A stretch of 64,000 bases of DNA. Source: SAR202 cluster bacterium (GTDB lineage Bacteria > Chloroflexota > Dehalococcoidia > Lucifugimonadales > VGZY01). The DNA lies in contig VGZY01000007.1 in assembly GCA_016872355.1 (NCBI GenBank), positions 4,216 to 68,215 of the forward strand. The letters run 5' to 3'. Numbering within the stretch: the stretch's first letter is position 1; the number at the start of each line of letters is the position of its first letter. Shown here one piece after another: positions 1 through 9,788 of this stretch. Both the position numbers and the translations under genes were made by a program. The notes below the pieces were generated by a model. It saw only the letters and a program-made list of their open reading frames with translations, was not told the DNA's origin and did not search any database.

Positions 1-967
1 CGCGGACTGGCTGATAGACAAACAGATACAGAGCGGCGGCGACTGGCAGGTCAGAGCACCAGGCGTAGCGCCAGGCGGCTGGTCGTTCGAGTTCCACAAT
101 CGCAGGTACCCGGACCTGGATGACACAACTGAAATAGTGATGGCGCTCGAGCGGGTTGCAATGAAGGACAACACGCGCAAGCGCGAAGCGGTGGACCGCG
201 CTGTCCACTGGACGCTGGGAATGCAGAGCCGCAACGGGGGCTGGGGAGCCTTCGACAAGGACAACACGAAGCGGTTTATCGCCCGAATACCGTTCGCTGA
301 CTTCGGCGAGACGATAGACCCTCCCAGCGTGGATGTTACGGCGCACGTCATCGAAATGATGGGTATCCTGGGTCACGATGTATCCCATCCCGCCGTCAGC
401 AAGGCCATGAAATACGTCATGGCTGACCAGGAGAGCGACGGGCCGTGGTTCGGCAGGTGGGGCGTAAACTACATCTACGGCACCGCCGCGGTACTGCCGG
501 CGCTGGCGGCGCTGGGCCTGCCGATGGGCACTCCGCAAGTGCGCCGGGCGGTGGACTGGCTCGAAGGCTGCCAGAACCCGGACGGCGGGTGGGGAGAGAG
601 CTGCGCGTCTTACGTGGATCCCGCATTCCGTGGCAAGGGCCCCAGTACGGCATCGCAGACCGCCTGGGCGCTGATCGCCCTTGTGGCGGCGGGCGAGGCC
701 CGCGGCGAGGCAGCACGGCGAGGGGCGGAGTACCTGGCTCGGACGCAGACGGCTGACGGCTCCTGGGACGAGCCGTACTTCACCGGCGCCGGCTTTCCCG
801 GCTACGGTATTGGACAGCGGCTGGACCATTACCCTGCACCCGGAGAGCCCGGCTACCAGGGAGTTGAGCTCCCCTCAGGGTTCATGATCAACTACCACCT
901 GTACAGGAGCTATTGGCCGCTCATGGCCCTCGGCCGGTACCGTCGCGCAGGTCCGCCTGTGGTGTGA
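1..967 (+). CDS. shc: Squalene-hopene cyclase, C-terminal part (starts before the window)
   Basis: Frame open from position 2: GGWSFEFHNRRYPDLDDTT (DxDDT catalytic motif), QW repeats (QSRNGGWGAFD, QNPDGGWGE), GRWGVNYIYGT, STASQTAW. Confidence 0.95.
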   Translation, partial: ADWLIDKQIQSGGDWQVRAPGVAPGGWSFEFHNRRYPDLDDTTEIVMALERVAMKDNTRKREAVDRAVHWTLGMQSRNGGWGAFDKDNTKRFIARIPFADFGETIDPPSVDVTAHVIEMMGILGHDVSHPAVSKAMKYVMADQESDGPWFGRWGVNYIYGTAAVLPALAALGLPMGTPQVRRAVDWLEGCQNPDGGWGESCASYVDPAFRGKGPSTASQTAWALIALVAAGEARGEAARRGAEYLARTQTADGSWDEPYFTGAGFPGYGIGQRLDHYPAPGEPGYQGVELPSGFMINYHLYRSYWPLMALGRYRRAGPPVV

Positions 968-1147
968 CCTGCGCGCGCACCATTCCAAAAACGGACTAAA
1001 CATGTTAAAACATATTGGGTGCGTGCAATGGATACGTGATTCTAGTCACAAGGCAAACACTCCCCCCGCCAACTACGATATAATCTATTAGTTTCGAGGC
1101 ACACCTCCTCGATACTTCGCATGACGGAAACAAGAGAGGTTCGACAA

Positions 1148-1618
1148 ATGAAGGTGAGCGAGGCGTCTTTCAAGACTTGCCTTACCAAGCTGTACGTGGA
1201 GTCTACGACCGCCCCCGAGTTTATTGACATCACCGACCGCGTGGCGGAATTCGTTAAGAGCTCCCGCATACAGAATGGCTTCGCTCTTGTCTTTTCCCGG
1301 CACACCACAGCCGCCATCACCATCCAGGAGAACGAGCCTCTCCTGCTGATCGATATGGCCAGCGCGCTTGAGCGGTTCTCGCCCAAAAACACGCACTATC
1401 GCCACAACGACTTCTCGGTACGCACCGTTCACATGCACGAGGACGAGTGCCCCAACGGCCATTCCCATTGTCAGCACCTGGTGCTCGGCAGCAGCGAGAA
1501 CATCCCCGTCGTGGACGGCACCATGGCGCTGGGACAGTGGCAGCGCATCTTCATGGTTGAGCTCGACGACGAGAAGGGCACGGACCGCGAGATTCTCGTC
1601 CAGGTAATGGGCGTATAG
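1148..1618 (+). CDS. yjbQ: YjbQ/UPF0047 family protein
   Basis: HTTAAITIQENE, YRHND, NGHSH and LGQWQRIFMVELD motifs; alternative start at 1121. Confidence 0.88.
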   Translation: MKVSEASFKTCLTKLYVESTTAPEFIDITDRVAEFVKSSRIQNGFALVFSRHTTAAITIQENEPLLLIDMASALERFSPKNTHYRHNDFSVRTVHMHEDECPNGHSHCQHLVLGSSENIPVVDGTMALGQWQRIFMVELDDEKGTDREILVQVMGV

Positions 1619-1635
1619 CGTCCGCTGCAAACCGC

Positions 1636-2505
1636 ATGGCTGCGACTGAGCTTGACCTGGCCTACGACCATTGCCGTCGGATGACACGGACCCAGGCCAA
1701 GAACTTCTACTACGCGTTCCGCACCCTTCCCCTTCCGAAGCGGCAGGCCATTTATGCCGTGTACGCGTTCTGCCGCCTGTGCGACGACATCGCGGACGAG
1801 CCCAACTCCATTGAAGAAAAGCGCCGGCTCCTGGCCGGCGTCCGCTCCAGCCTCCAGGCCATGTCCTCCGTACAGACGGGCGACCGCGTCTTCGCTGCCC
1901 TCTCTCACGCCGCCACAGAGTTCGGGATACCCGTCGAGTACCTGGAGGAGGTGGTGGAAGGCGTCGAGATGGACCTCACCAGGAGCCGTTACCAGACCTT
2001 CGACGATCTGTGGACGTACTGCTACAAGGTGGCCTCGGTAGCGGGGTTGATCTCGATAGAGATCTTCGGCTACACGGGCGAGGAAGCCCGTCAGCGGGCC
2101 ATCGACCTCGGAATAGCTATGCAGCTCACGAATATCCTTCGCGACCTGAAAGAGGATGCGGCCCGCGACCGCATCTACATCCCACAGGACGAGCTTGCAG
2201 GCGCAGGCTACAGCGAGGCCGAGCTAAAACGCGGCGTGATGAATGCGGGTTACCGCCGCCTGATGTCGATGCAGGTGGTCCGGGCGCGCGAATACTTCGC
2301 GAAGGGGCGCGACCTGCTACCGATGGTATCGGCGAGGTCACGGGCGTGCCCAGAGATGCTCTCCGAGGTATACACACGGATTCTCGACAGGATTGAGGCG
2401 TCAGGCTACGACGTCTTCTCACGCCGGATAGGCCTCAGCAAGCCGGAAAAGCTGGCGATGACCGTGAAACTCTGGGCCGCCAGCTACCTGCCGGGACGGC
2501 GCTAG
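1636..2505 (+). CDS. hpnD: Squalene/phytoene synthase family protein (HpnD-like presqualene diphosphate synthase)
   Basis: AKNFYYAF, FCRLCDDIAD, QLTNILRDLKED, RIYIP; lies next to shc. Confidence 0.8.
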   Translation: MAATELDLAYDHCRRMTRTQAKNFYYAFRTLPLPKRQAIYAVYAFCRLCDDIADEPNSIEEKRRLLAGVRSSLQAMSSVQTGDRVFAALSHAATEFGIPVEYLEEVVEGVEMDLTRSRYQTFDDLWTYCYKVASVAGLISIEIFGYTGEEARQRAIDLGIAMQLTNILRDLKEDAARDRIYIPQDELAGAGYSEAELKRGVMNAGYRRLMSMQVVRAREYFAKGRDLLPMVSARSRACPEMLSEVYTRILDRIEASGYDVFSRRIGLSKPEKLAMTVKLWAASYLPGRR

Positions 2506-2517
2506 ACGCCAGCCGGC

Positions 2518-3930
2518 CTACCGCTTGATCTCCACCTTCAGAACGAAAGCATCCATGTCGCGGTCCTGCTTTGATGGCTGACCAGGAAGCACGCCGGTGG
2601 TGCGGCCCACCATGTAGACGTTGCCCGCGGCGTCAGCGACGACATCTTCGCCCTGGTCGTCCGAGCTGCTGCCCGTCTGGTTGGTCCAGAGGTCGCCGCC
2701 GCTGGAAGAGTAGGCCTTCGCGAACGCATCGATATTGCCCTGGTGCTTGCCGCCGGGGATACCGCCTTCCGAGACGCCCGTCACCACCACGTTCCCATTG
2801 CCGTCCACCGAAATGCCGCGGGCCTCATCGATAACGTCCGAGCCGTCCATCTTCGTCCATAGGGGTGTGCCGTCAGGCCCGTACTTCCTCACAAAGATAT
2901 CGCTCTCGCCCTCGTTCTTGGATAGGCCGGGAAGCACTCCGGAGGTGCTGCCCCCCGCGTAGAGGTTGCCGGCGCTGTCCACCGCCAGTGCGGCGATCTT
3001 CTCGTTGGGCTGTGTGCCCTGACCTGTGCTGGCGAGCTGCTCCGTCCACAACTCCGCGCCCGATGCGTCATAGGCGCGGACTACGGCGTCCCGCCCGCCT
3101 CCCCGTGTCTGGCCCGGAAGCTGCCCTTCTGTATATCCGGCTACGTACACCGTGCCGTTAGGCCCTACAGCTACATCCAGCCCCTCGTTCTGGCGCTGGT
3201 CGCCGAACTGCTTCGACCACACCTCGGCGCCGGTCGAGTCGAACTTCACCAGGAAGATGTCGTTCCATGCCGTCAGGCCTCCCACACTCGGGCCGCCGGC
3301 GTTCGTGTGGCCGGGAAGGCTGCCTTCACTTGAGCCGACAACATAAACATTGCCCTGGGCATCCACTGCTACGCCGTTGGCGACGTCGGTCGGCGGGGTG
3401 CCGAACTGCTTCGTCCAGAGAGAATTGCCCTCCGCATCGAAGGCTGCCAGAAATGCGTCCGAGCCGACGCCTTGCGATTGCTGGCCGGGGAGAGTTCCGA
3501 AGGTCTGTCCCACCACGTAGATCGTGCCGCCGGCAGCCACCGCAACATCGAGCGCGATGTCGTTGCCGGGCGAGCCGAACTGTTTCGTCCATCGGGCGGT
3601 CCCATTGGGAGCGTAGGAACGGAGGAAAGCGTCCACCTGCCCGGCCGAGGTCGTACCTGCAATATCGCCCTCCGTGGATCCTACGACAAACAGGTTGCCG
3701 GCGGAGTCCGCAGCTACGCCGTATGCGGCATCGTCGAAGCGCGTGCCGAACTGCGTTGTCCACCGTCCAGGGCTGGCTGTCGAGCCTGTCGGCGCTGTTG
3801 TCCCATTGGAAGTCGCCGGGGGGTTGTTGCCGCTATCGCTCCCACCACCGCCGCCACACGCGGCGACGGCCAGCGAGGCCGCGGAGAATATCCCGAGAGA
3901 AGCGAGAAGCAGGCGGCAAGTGTTATTCAA
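2518..3930 (-). CDS. Lipoprotein with SBBP-type beta-propeller repeats
   Basis: Lipobox VAA-C; about 7 repeats of WTxQFG..D.A.xVAVDxxGNxYVVGxTxG..DxFxxKY. Confidence 0.8.
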   Translation of the reverse strand: MNNTCRLLLASLGIFSAASLAVAACGGGGGSDSGNNPPATSNGTTAPTGSTASPGRWTTQFGTRFDDAAYGVAADSAGNLFVVGSTEGDIAGTTSAGQVDAFLRSYAPNGTARWTKQFGSPGNDIALDVAVAAGGTIYVVGQTFGTLPGQQSQGVGSDAFLAAFDAEGNSLWTKQFGTPPTDVANGVAVDAQGNVYVVGSSEGSLPGHTNAGGPSVGGLTAWNDIFLVKFDSTGAEVWSKQFGDQRQNEGLDVAVGPNGTVYVAGYTEGQLPGQTRGGGRDAVVRAYDASGAELWTEQLASTGQGTQPNEKIAALAVDSAGNLYAGGSTSGVLPGLSKNEGESDIFVRKYGPDGTPLWTKMDGSDVIDEARGISVDGNGNVVVTGVSEGGIPGGKHQGNIDAFAKAYSSSGGDLWTNQTGSSSDDQGEDVVADAAGNVYMVGRTTGVLPGQPSKQDRDMDAFVLKVEIKR

Positions 3931-4083
3931 AGAATGGCACCTTGAAGCATTGGAATCCCTGTGAAATTAGTCACAGCACTGATGAACCATACTAAGGTGA
4001 CGCCATACAAAGGTCAAGTTTCGGCGTGACAGGGCCAACTGCGGTTTTGTACCATACACAGCGTTCCGAATGTATCTTCACGG

Positions 4084-5106
4084 ATGGTCAATTCTGCCAT
4101 GGTCACTTCAGCCGGCAAGCCGCGAGCGCTGGTGCTCGCGCCGTTCAGTCGCGTTTCCCTGGAAAGGCTCAAGGACGTGGCAGAGGTAACATATGAGAGC
4201 TGGCTGGACACGCGGGCCATCCAGGACCCGGAGGCCCTTGGACGCAGGCTGGCAGATGAGAATGCATCGTTGCTGATAATCGAGTCCGACTTCGTATTCG
4301 AGGAGACCCTCCATCTGGCGCCGTGCCTGCGGTTCATTGGCCTATGCAGGGGCTCCCTGCACCACCACATCGACATCGAAGCGGCGACCCGCGCAGGGGT
4401 TCTGGTAGTGAATACCCCCGGCAGAAATGCGCAGGCGGTGGCGGAGCACGCTATGGCGTTGATGTTCGCGCTTGCCCGCAGAGTACCCCAGTCGGACAGG
4501 TATGTTAAGGGTGGGGAATGGCGCGACCCCGCCGGGGCCTACGCTTCCCTCCGCGGCGTTGAGCTGGCAGGCGCAACGCTCGGCATTATCGGCCTTGGCG
4601 CAATCGGCAAGCGCCTGGCCACGATGGCCTTGGCCATCGGAATGCGCACCGTCGCGCACGACCCATATGTGAAGGATGCGCCCGGGAATGTCGAGCTTTT
4701 GTCGCTGGACGAGGTGCTGAAGAGGGCCGACTTTATATCCATCCACGTCCCCGGAACGCCGCCAACCGAAGGACTGATTGATGACCGGCGACTGGCCCTG
4801 ATGAAGCCGACAGCCTACCTGGTCAACCTGTCTGACGCCGGTGTCGTGAGCCTTTGGGGGCTTGTGGAGGCCCTGCGCGGCAATCGCATCGCCGGAGCGG
4901 CGATGGACGTGTTCGAGACCCATCCCATCGCCCCTGACAGCCCGCTGCTCAGCCTGGACAACGTGGTCCTGACGCCTCACATAGGCGGCGCTACTGGGGA
5001 GACCATTGAGCGGCACAGCGAGATGGTTGTGAGCGACATCGTCCGATTCCTGGCAGGCAAGAGGCCAGTGAACCTGGTGAACCCCGAGGTGTGGAAGAGA
5101 CTGTGA
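4084..5106 (+). CDS. D-isomer-specific 2-hydroxyacid dehydrogenase family protein (atypical active site)
   Basis: NTPGRNAQAVAEH, GIIGLGAIG Rossmann motif, DFISIHVP, LTPHIGGAT. Confidence 0.85.
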   Translation: MVNSAMVTSAGKPRALVLAPFSRVSLERLKDVAEVTYESWLDTRAIQDPEALGRRLADENASLLIIESDFVFEETLHLAPCLRFIGLCRGSLHHHIDIEAATRAGVLVVNTPGRNAQAVAEHAMALMFALARRVPQSDRYVKGGEWRDPAGAYASLRGVELAGATLGIIGLGAIGKRLATMALAIGMRTVAHDPYVKDAPGNVELLSLDEVLKRADFISIHVPGTPPTEGLIDDRRLALMKPTAYLVNLSDAGVVSLWGLVEALRGNRIAGAAMDVFETHPIAPDSPLLSLDNVVLTPHIGGATGETIERHSEMVVSDIVRFLAGKRPVNLVNPEVWKRL

Positions 5107-6611
5107 GCGGCAAGAAGTACATAGCTGTGATTGACGCGGGGACGTCTTCAGTAAGAGCGTCGGTGTTGGACCAGAGCGGGAAGACGGTCTCCGAGCGCGC
5201 CTGTCCATGGAGGCACCTCGAACTCCCGGACGCTCCTCCCACGACGCGCGAGTTCGACTCCGCGGGCGTGTGGAAGGACGTACGCGCCATTCTGGGCGGG
5301 GCGCTGCAGGAGGCCGGCGCGGGTCCGGACGAGGTCGCCGCCGTGACCGTCACCGGCCAGCGGCAGGGTGTGGTGTTTCTGGCGAATGACGGCACAGAAA
5401 TCTACGCAGGGCCGAACACGGACCTGCGCGCGATTTTCGAAGGGCTGGCAATCGACCATTCGATGGGCGAAAGGGTGTACCAGACCACCGGGCACTACCC
5501 CTCTTTCATGATGGCCCCCGCCAAGCTCCACTGGTTCCGCCAGAGCCGCCCGGAGGTCTATGGTAGAATAGCCACCGTTCTGACGCTGGCAGACTGGCTG
5601 GTCTGGAAGCTCTCCGGCGTCCGCGCCAGCGAGGCATCGCTCGCAAGCGAGGCCGGCCTCCTGCACGTTCACTGGAGGTCCTGGTGCGAGAAACTCCTGC
5701 ATGACCTGCGCGTGGTCTGCAACAGCCATATCCCTGTACTGGAGTCAGGCACGATTGCCGGTGGGGTTACTGCAGAGGCTGCTGAGGCCACCGGACTGGC
5801 CGAAGGGACGCCGGTGGCTGTGGCCGCCGCGGACAGCCAGTGCGGGCTGATCGGAATGGGCGTCATCGAGCCGGGGCACGCCGGCGTGGTCGCCGGTTGG
5901 AGCGCCGCCGTCCAGATGGTGACCGACAGGCCGGTACTGAACCCATCGGAGAAGACGTGGGCAGGCTGCTTCCCATTGCCGGATAGGTGGGTGTGCGAAA
6001 ACCCGGCGGGCGACACGGGTAACTCCTACGCCTGGCTGGCGGACCTTGCCTGGCGCGGGCGCGGCGACCCCTACAAAGAGATGGAAGAGGCTGCCCGGCA
6101 GGCGCCCGCAGGTGCGAACGGTACGCTGGCCTATCTCGGAATAGCCCGGATGGACATGACCCGCCTCGGTATGCGTCAAGGAGGCATCCTCTTCCCTACC
6201 CCGCTCACGTACGCAGAGGCCGGGTCCGGCGCAATCGCCCGGGCGGCCATAGAGTCTTCGGTCTACACCGTGGCGTCCAGCCTCTACAAAGCTGAGGCTG
6301 TGACTGGCCGGAAGGCGCGGAGCGTATCTGCCGGAGGCGGCATGACGCTGACGGCGCTCTGGAGCGAGACGCTGGCGAACGTGCTTGGGAGGCCGCTCAA
6401 GACCGCTGGCGCGCGCAGGGTGAGCGCATACGGCGCGTACCTTTGCGCAGCCAAGGCCGTTGGATGGATCGGCGACTGGCAGGAGGCGGCAGAAAAGGCA
6501 AGGTCCGGCATGGCGACAATAGTTCCGGATGCCCTGTCGGCCGCCGAGTACGCAGACCACTACAAGCGCTGGGTGGAAGTAGATGAGCACCTGCAGGGGC
6601 TGATGAAATGA
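5103..6611 (+). CDS. FGGY-family carbohydrate kinase (LsrK/xylulokinase-like)
   Basis: IDAGTSSVR, TGQRQG, AKLHW, ADSQCG, GGG..S.LW; GTG start overlaps the upstream stop. Confidence 0.88.
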   Translation: MSGKKYIAVIDAGTSSVRASVLDQSGKTVSERACPWRHLELPDAPPTTREFDSAGVWKDVRAILGGALQEAGAGPDEVAAVTVTGQRQGVVFLANDGTEIYAGPNTDLRAIFEGLAIDHSMGERVYQTTGHYPSFMMAPAKLHWFRQSRPEVYGRIATVLTLADWLVWKLSGVRASEASLASEAGLLHVHWRSWCEKLLHDLRVVCNSHIPVLESGTIAGGVTAEAAEATGLAEGTPVAVAAADSQCGLIGMGVIEPGHAGVVAGWSAAVQMVTDRPVLNPSEKTWAGCFPLPDRWVCENPAGDTGNSYAWLADLAWRGRGDPYKEMEEAARQAPAGANGTLAYLGIARMDMTRLGMRQGGILFPTPLTYAEAGSGAIARAAIESSVYTVASSLYKAEAVTGRKARSVSAGGGMTLTALWSETLANVLGRPLKTAGARRVSAYGAYLCAAKAVGWIGDWQEAAEKARSGMATIVPDALSAAEYADHYKRWVEVDEHLQGLMK

Positions 6612-7267
6612 CCGAAACCCGCGCGGCCAGGGCCGCCATAGTCGAGACCGCCCTCCGCATGGCGGAACTCGGCCTCACCAGCGGCTCCTCCGGAAACATC
6701 AGCGTCAGGCTGCCCTCCGCCGGCGGGCGTGATCTGATGGCAGTGACGCCGAAGGGAGTGCGATACCGGGGCATGACGCCGGACGACATCCCGGTGGTAG
6801 ACTTCGAGCTGGAGCCGGTGGAGGGCGAGCGGACGCCGTCCTCGGAGTCGCTCATGCACGTGGCGATCTACAGGGCGCGGCCGGACGTGCAGGCGGTGGT
6901 CCACACTCACGCGGTGCACTCCAGCGTATTCGCTGTCACCGGCGACGAGATACCGCCGGTGCTCGACGAGGTGGTCGTGTACCTGGGCGGCCCCATAAAG
7001 GTGTCCGACTACGGTTTCCCCGGCACGCAGGAGCTGGCGGACAACATGGTCCGCGCGCTGGGAGAGCGGAACGCCGCGATCATCCGAAATCACGGCGCCG
7101 TTGGCGTGGGCAGGAGCCTGAAGGACGCGCTGGACGCATGCGTCCTGACCGAACGAGTGGCGCAGGTGGTAATCTACGCGGCGATGATCGGCAAGGCAAG
7201 TCCGCTCCCGCCGGACGTGGTGGAAAAGGAAATGGCGATATTCCGGATGAAGCAAAGGGGAAGGTAA
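6608..7267 (+). CDS. Class II aldolase/adducin family protein (FucA-like)
   Basis: GNISVR, TPKG, PSSE..MH, VVHTH, RNHG zinc motifs. Confidence 0.9.
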   Translation: MTETRAARAAIVETALRMAELGLTSGSSGNISVRLPSAGGRDLMAVTPKGVRYRGMTPDDIPVVDFELEPVEGERTPSSESLMHVAIYRARPDVQAVVHTHAVHSSVFAVTGDEIPPVLDEVVVYLGGPIKVSDYGFPGTQELADNMVRALGERNAAIIRNHGAVGVGRSLKDALDACVLTERVAQVVIYAAMIGKASPLPPDVVEKEMAIFRMKQRGR

Positions 7268-7275
7268 AGAGCCAT

Positions 7276-7650
7276 ATGGTTGCGGTGCCGCCGTTTCTAC
7301 TTCGCCGCCTTTATGTGAAGGGCAGCCTTCGGAACTCCGACGGCGGCTTCGAGTTTCAGCTCAGGAATACGCTCGGCTCGGGGTACGCGCACAGGATGCT
7401 GCCGCTCTCTGTGGACGGCTACCCGCTGCCGATGGAGGCGACATTCTTCTATACCTCAGACGAGCGCGAGGTTGAGTTCTCGAACGTCTCAGAGCAGAAT
7501 ACGTTCACTCTCGGGATGAACAAGACGATTCAAATATGGGTAGATATGGTCACGCTTCCTCCCGGTCCTCACAAGATTGAAATGGGCTTCGAGGTGCCGG
7601 CGCTGGGGGCGATGAAGTTCGACTTCACGGACATAGTAGCGAATGAGTGA
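7276..7650 (+). CDS. Small conserved hypothetical protein (124 aa, beta-rich)
   Basis: Fills the operon gap and overlaps the next start; LLRRLYVKGSLRN..GFEFQLRNTL. Confidence 0.7.
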   Translation: MVAVPPFLLRRLYVKGSLRNSDGGFEFQLRNTLGSGYAHRMLPLSVDGYPLPMEATFFYTSDEREVEFSNVSEQNTFTLGMNKTIQIWVDMVTLPPGPHKIEMGFEVPALGAMKFDFTDIVANE

Positions 7651-8602
7651 GCCCGCACGGCGGATCGCCGTAACCGGCGCCGCCGGCTACATAGGCAACG
7701 AGTTAGTTAAGCGCCTGGCGTCAACGCCGGGGGTTGACCGCGTGCTCGCCATAGACATCCGCCCTATGCAGGACGCGGTCCCGGAGTGCGTCGACTTTGC
7801 TCAGCAGGACATTGCGAAGCCGTTCGACCACCTCCTCTCTGCCAACGCCATCGATACCGTCGTGCACCTTGCCTACATCCTCCGCCCGGGGCACAATCGC
7901 GCTGCTATCCGCAAGATCAACGTGGGCGGCACCGCCAACCTTCTGACTGCGTGCGCCAACGCGAAAGTCAAAAAGATCGTATACCTCAGCAGTACGAGTG
8001 TTTATGGGGCGCACCCCGACAACCCCGAGCTGCTCACGGAGGACGCGCCCACCAGGCCGGTGCGCGGCTTCCAGTACAGCGAGAACAAGGCGCAGGCCGA
8101 ACAGCTCATTCTCGCCTACTCGAAGCGTCGGCCGGGGGTGGTGACCACGGTGCTTCGGGCTTGCCCGGTCATGGGACCCGGCGCGGACAACTTCATCGCC
8201 CGCGCATTCCTTAAGCCCTTCCTGGTCGCCGCGGGCAAGGCGGACCCGCCCATGCAGCTGCTGCACGAAGCTGACCTCTCCTCAGTGCTCGCCCGGAGCC
8301 TCGCTGCCGACTCTCCAGGTGTGTACAACGTCGCGGGCGAGGGGACTATCCGCTGGCCTGAGATGGCGGCGATGCTCAAGCGAAAGGTCTTCCATCTGCC
8401 GCCGGGCATCCTATACCCCGCCACTGACCTGCTCTGGTCGCTACGCATGCAGAACGAATCCCCGGCATGCGGCCTGGACTTCATCCGATATCGCTGGACT
8501 GCCGATACGGAGAAAGTGAAACGAGAAATGGGCATAACGTTCAAGCACACCTCGCGCGAGGCTTGGCAGGCCTTCGCCCGCCGCCGCGCCGGCCCGCCGT
8601 AA
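7643..8602 (+). CDS. NAD-dependent epimerase/dehydratase (extended SDR)
   Basis: VTGAAGYIG, VVHLA, NVGGT, SSTSVYG, YxxxK (YSENK). Confidence 0.9.
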   Translation: MSEPARRIAVTGAAGYIGNELVKRLASTPGVDRVLAIDIRPMQDAVPECVDFAQQDIAKPFDHLLSANAIDTVVHLAYILRPGHNRAAIRKINVGGTANLLTACANAKVKKIVYLSSTSVYGAHPDNPELLTEDAPTRPVRGFQYSENKAQAEQLILAYSKRRPGVVTTVLRACPVMGPGADNFIARAFLKPFLVAAGKADPPMQLLHEADLSSVLARSLAADSPGVYNVAGEGTIRWPEMAAMLKRKVFHLPPGILYPATDLLWSLRMQNESPACGLDFIRYRWTADTEKVKREMGITFKHTSREAWQAFARRRAGPP

Positions 8603-8696
8603 CCGCCGGCCATATTTCTTCCGGCGCAACGATTCGTCGTATAATACCTGTTGCTGTTCATTGCCCTATTTGGAGCGAGCCAAGGAGGACTCAAAG

Positions 8697-9767
8697 ATGG
8701 CTTTCAAAGAGACGATGAAGCCCCGCGAGCGCGTTCATAACGCGCTCAATGGACTGCCTGTAGACCGGCCGCCGGTTTCCAACCCCACGAGCGTCCTCAC
8801 CGTCGAGCTGATGGATCTCGTCGGCGCATCGTTCCCGAAAGCCCTCCGCGACCCGGATGACAACGCGGCCCTTGCCGCTACCGGCCACACAGAGCTGGGC
8901 TTCGACTCCGTATACGCCTGCCCTACCCTGGTGATCGAGTCGTCCGCCCTTGGATGCGAGATCCAGTGGGAGCAGAAGGACAACTGGCCCACAGTCCGCA
9001 TGACGAACCCGATCTGGAAGGGACCGGACGAGATCAAGATCCCGTCCAACTTCATGGAGCACCGGGACATCAAGGCGATCAACAAGTCCATCGAGATCCT
9101 CAAGCGGGATCTCGGCGACGAGGTGGCTGTCTTCGGCAAGGTGACCGGCCCGTGGACGATGGGCTACCACGTCTACGGCGTGCAGAACTTCCTCATGATG
9201 AGCATTGACGACGAGGTCAAGACCAAGAAGTCGCTCGAGAAGCTCAAGGAGATCTGCATCATGTTCGGTGAGTCGCAGATCGCGGCGGGGGCGGATGCGC
9301 TCACCTTCTCCGACCATCCCACCGGAGACCTTGTCAGCGGCGACTGGTATATGAAATACCTGCAGGAGCTGCACACCGAGATGGTGGAGCGGCTGGACGT
9401 GCCGCTGATCCTGCACATCTGCGGCCGCACGGTGGACCGCATGGACTACATCGCCCAGACCGGCATGGCAGCGTTCCACTTCGACTCCAAGAACGACCCA
9501 AAGGAGTCGATGGACATTATGAAGAAGCGCGTGCGGCTGGTCGGCAACCTGAACACTCCCGTGACCATCTACTCCAAGGGTCCGGACGACGTGAAGGCCG
9601 AGGTCTTCAAGGCGCTGGACGCCGGCGTGGAGATGATCGCGCCCGAGGGCGCGGTGCCCCTACGAACCAGGCTCGAGAACATCCTCGCCATACCCGCCGC
9701 GGTGAAGGAGTGGTGCGAGACCAATGACTTCGGCGGCAACGGCACTTCCGAGGCGAACCGGAACTGA
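8697..9767 (+). CDS. MtaA/CmuA-family methyltransferase (URO-D fold)
   Basis: PRERV..AL.G.PVDRPP, GPWT, LHICG zinc motif, GNLN; AGGAGG RBS upstream. Confidence 0.8.
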   Translation: MAFKETMKPRERVHNALNGLPVDRPPVSNPTSVLTVELMDLVGASFPKALRDPDDNAALAATGHTELGFDSVYACPTLVIESSALGCEIQWEQKDNWPTVRMTNPIWKGPDEIKIPSNFMEHRDIKAINKSIEILKRDLGDEVAVFGKVTGPWTMGYHVYGVQNFLMMSIDDEVKTKKSLEKLKEICIMFGESQIAAGADALTFSDHPTGDLVSGDWYMKYLQELHTEMVERLDVPLILHICGRTVDRMDYIAQTGMAAFHFDSKNDPKESMDIMKKRVRLVGNLNTPVTIYSKGPDDVKAEVFKALDAGVEMIAPEGAVPLRTRLENILAIPAAVKEWCETNDFGGNGTSEANRN

Positions 9768-9788
9768 CCTTCGCGCACCGATAGATTG

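Noticed and set aside
2518-3930. Repeating DNA pattern as a possible array
   Set aside because: Explained by protein-level beta-propeller repeats.
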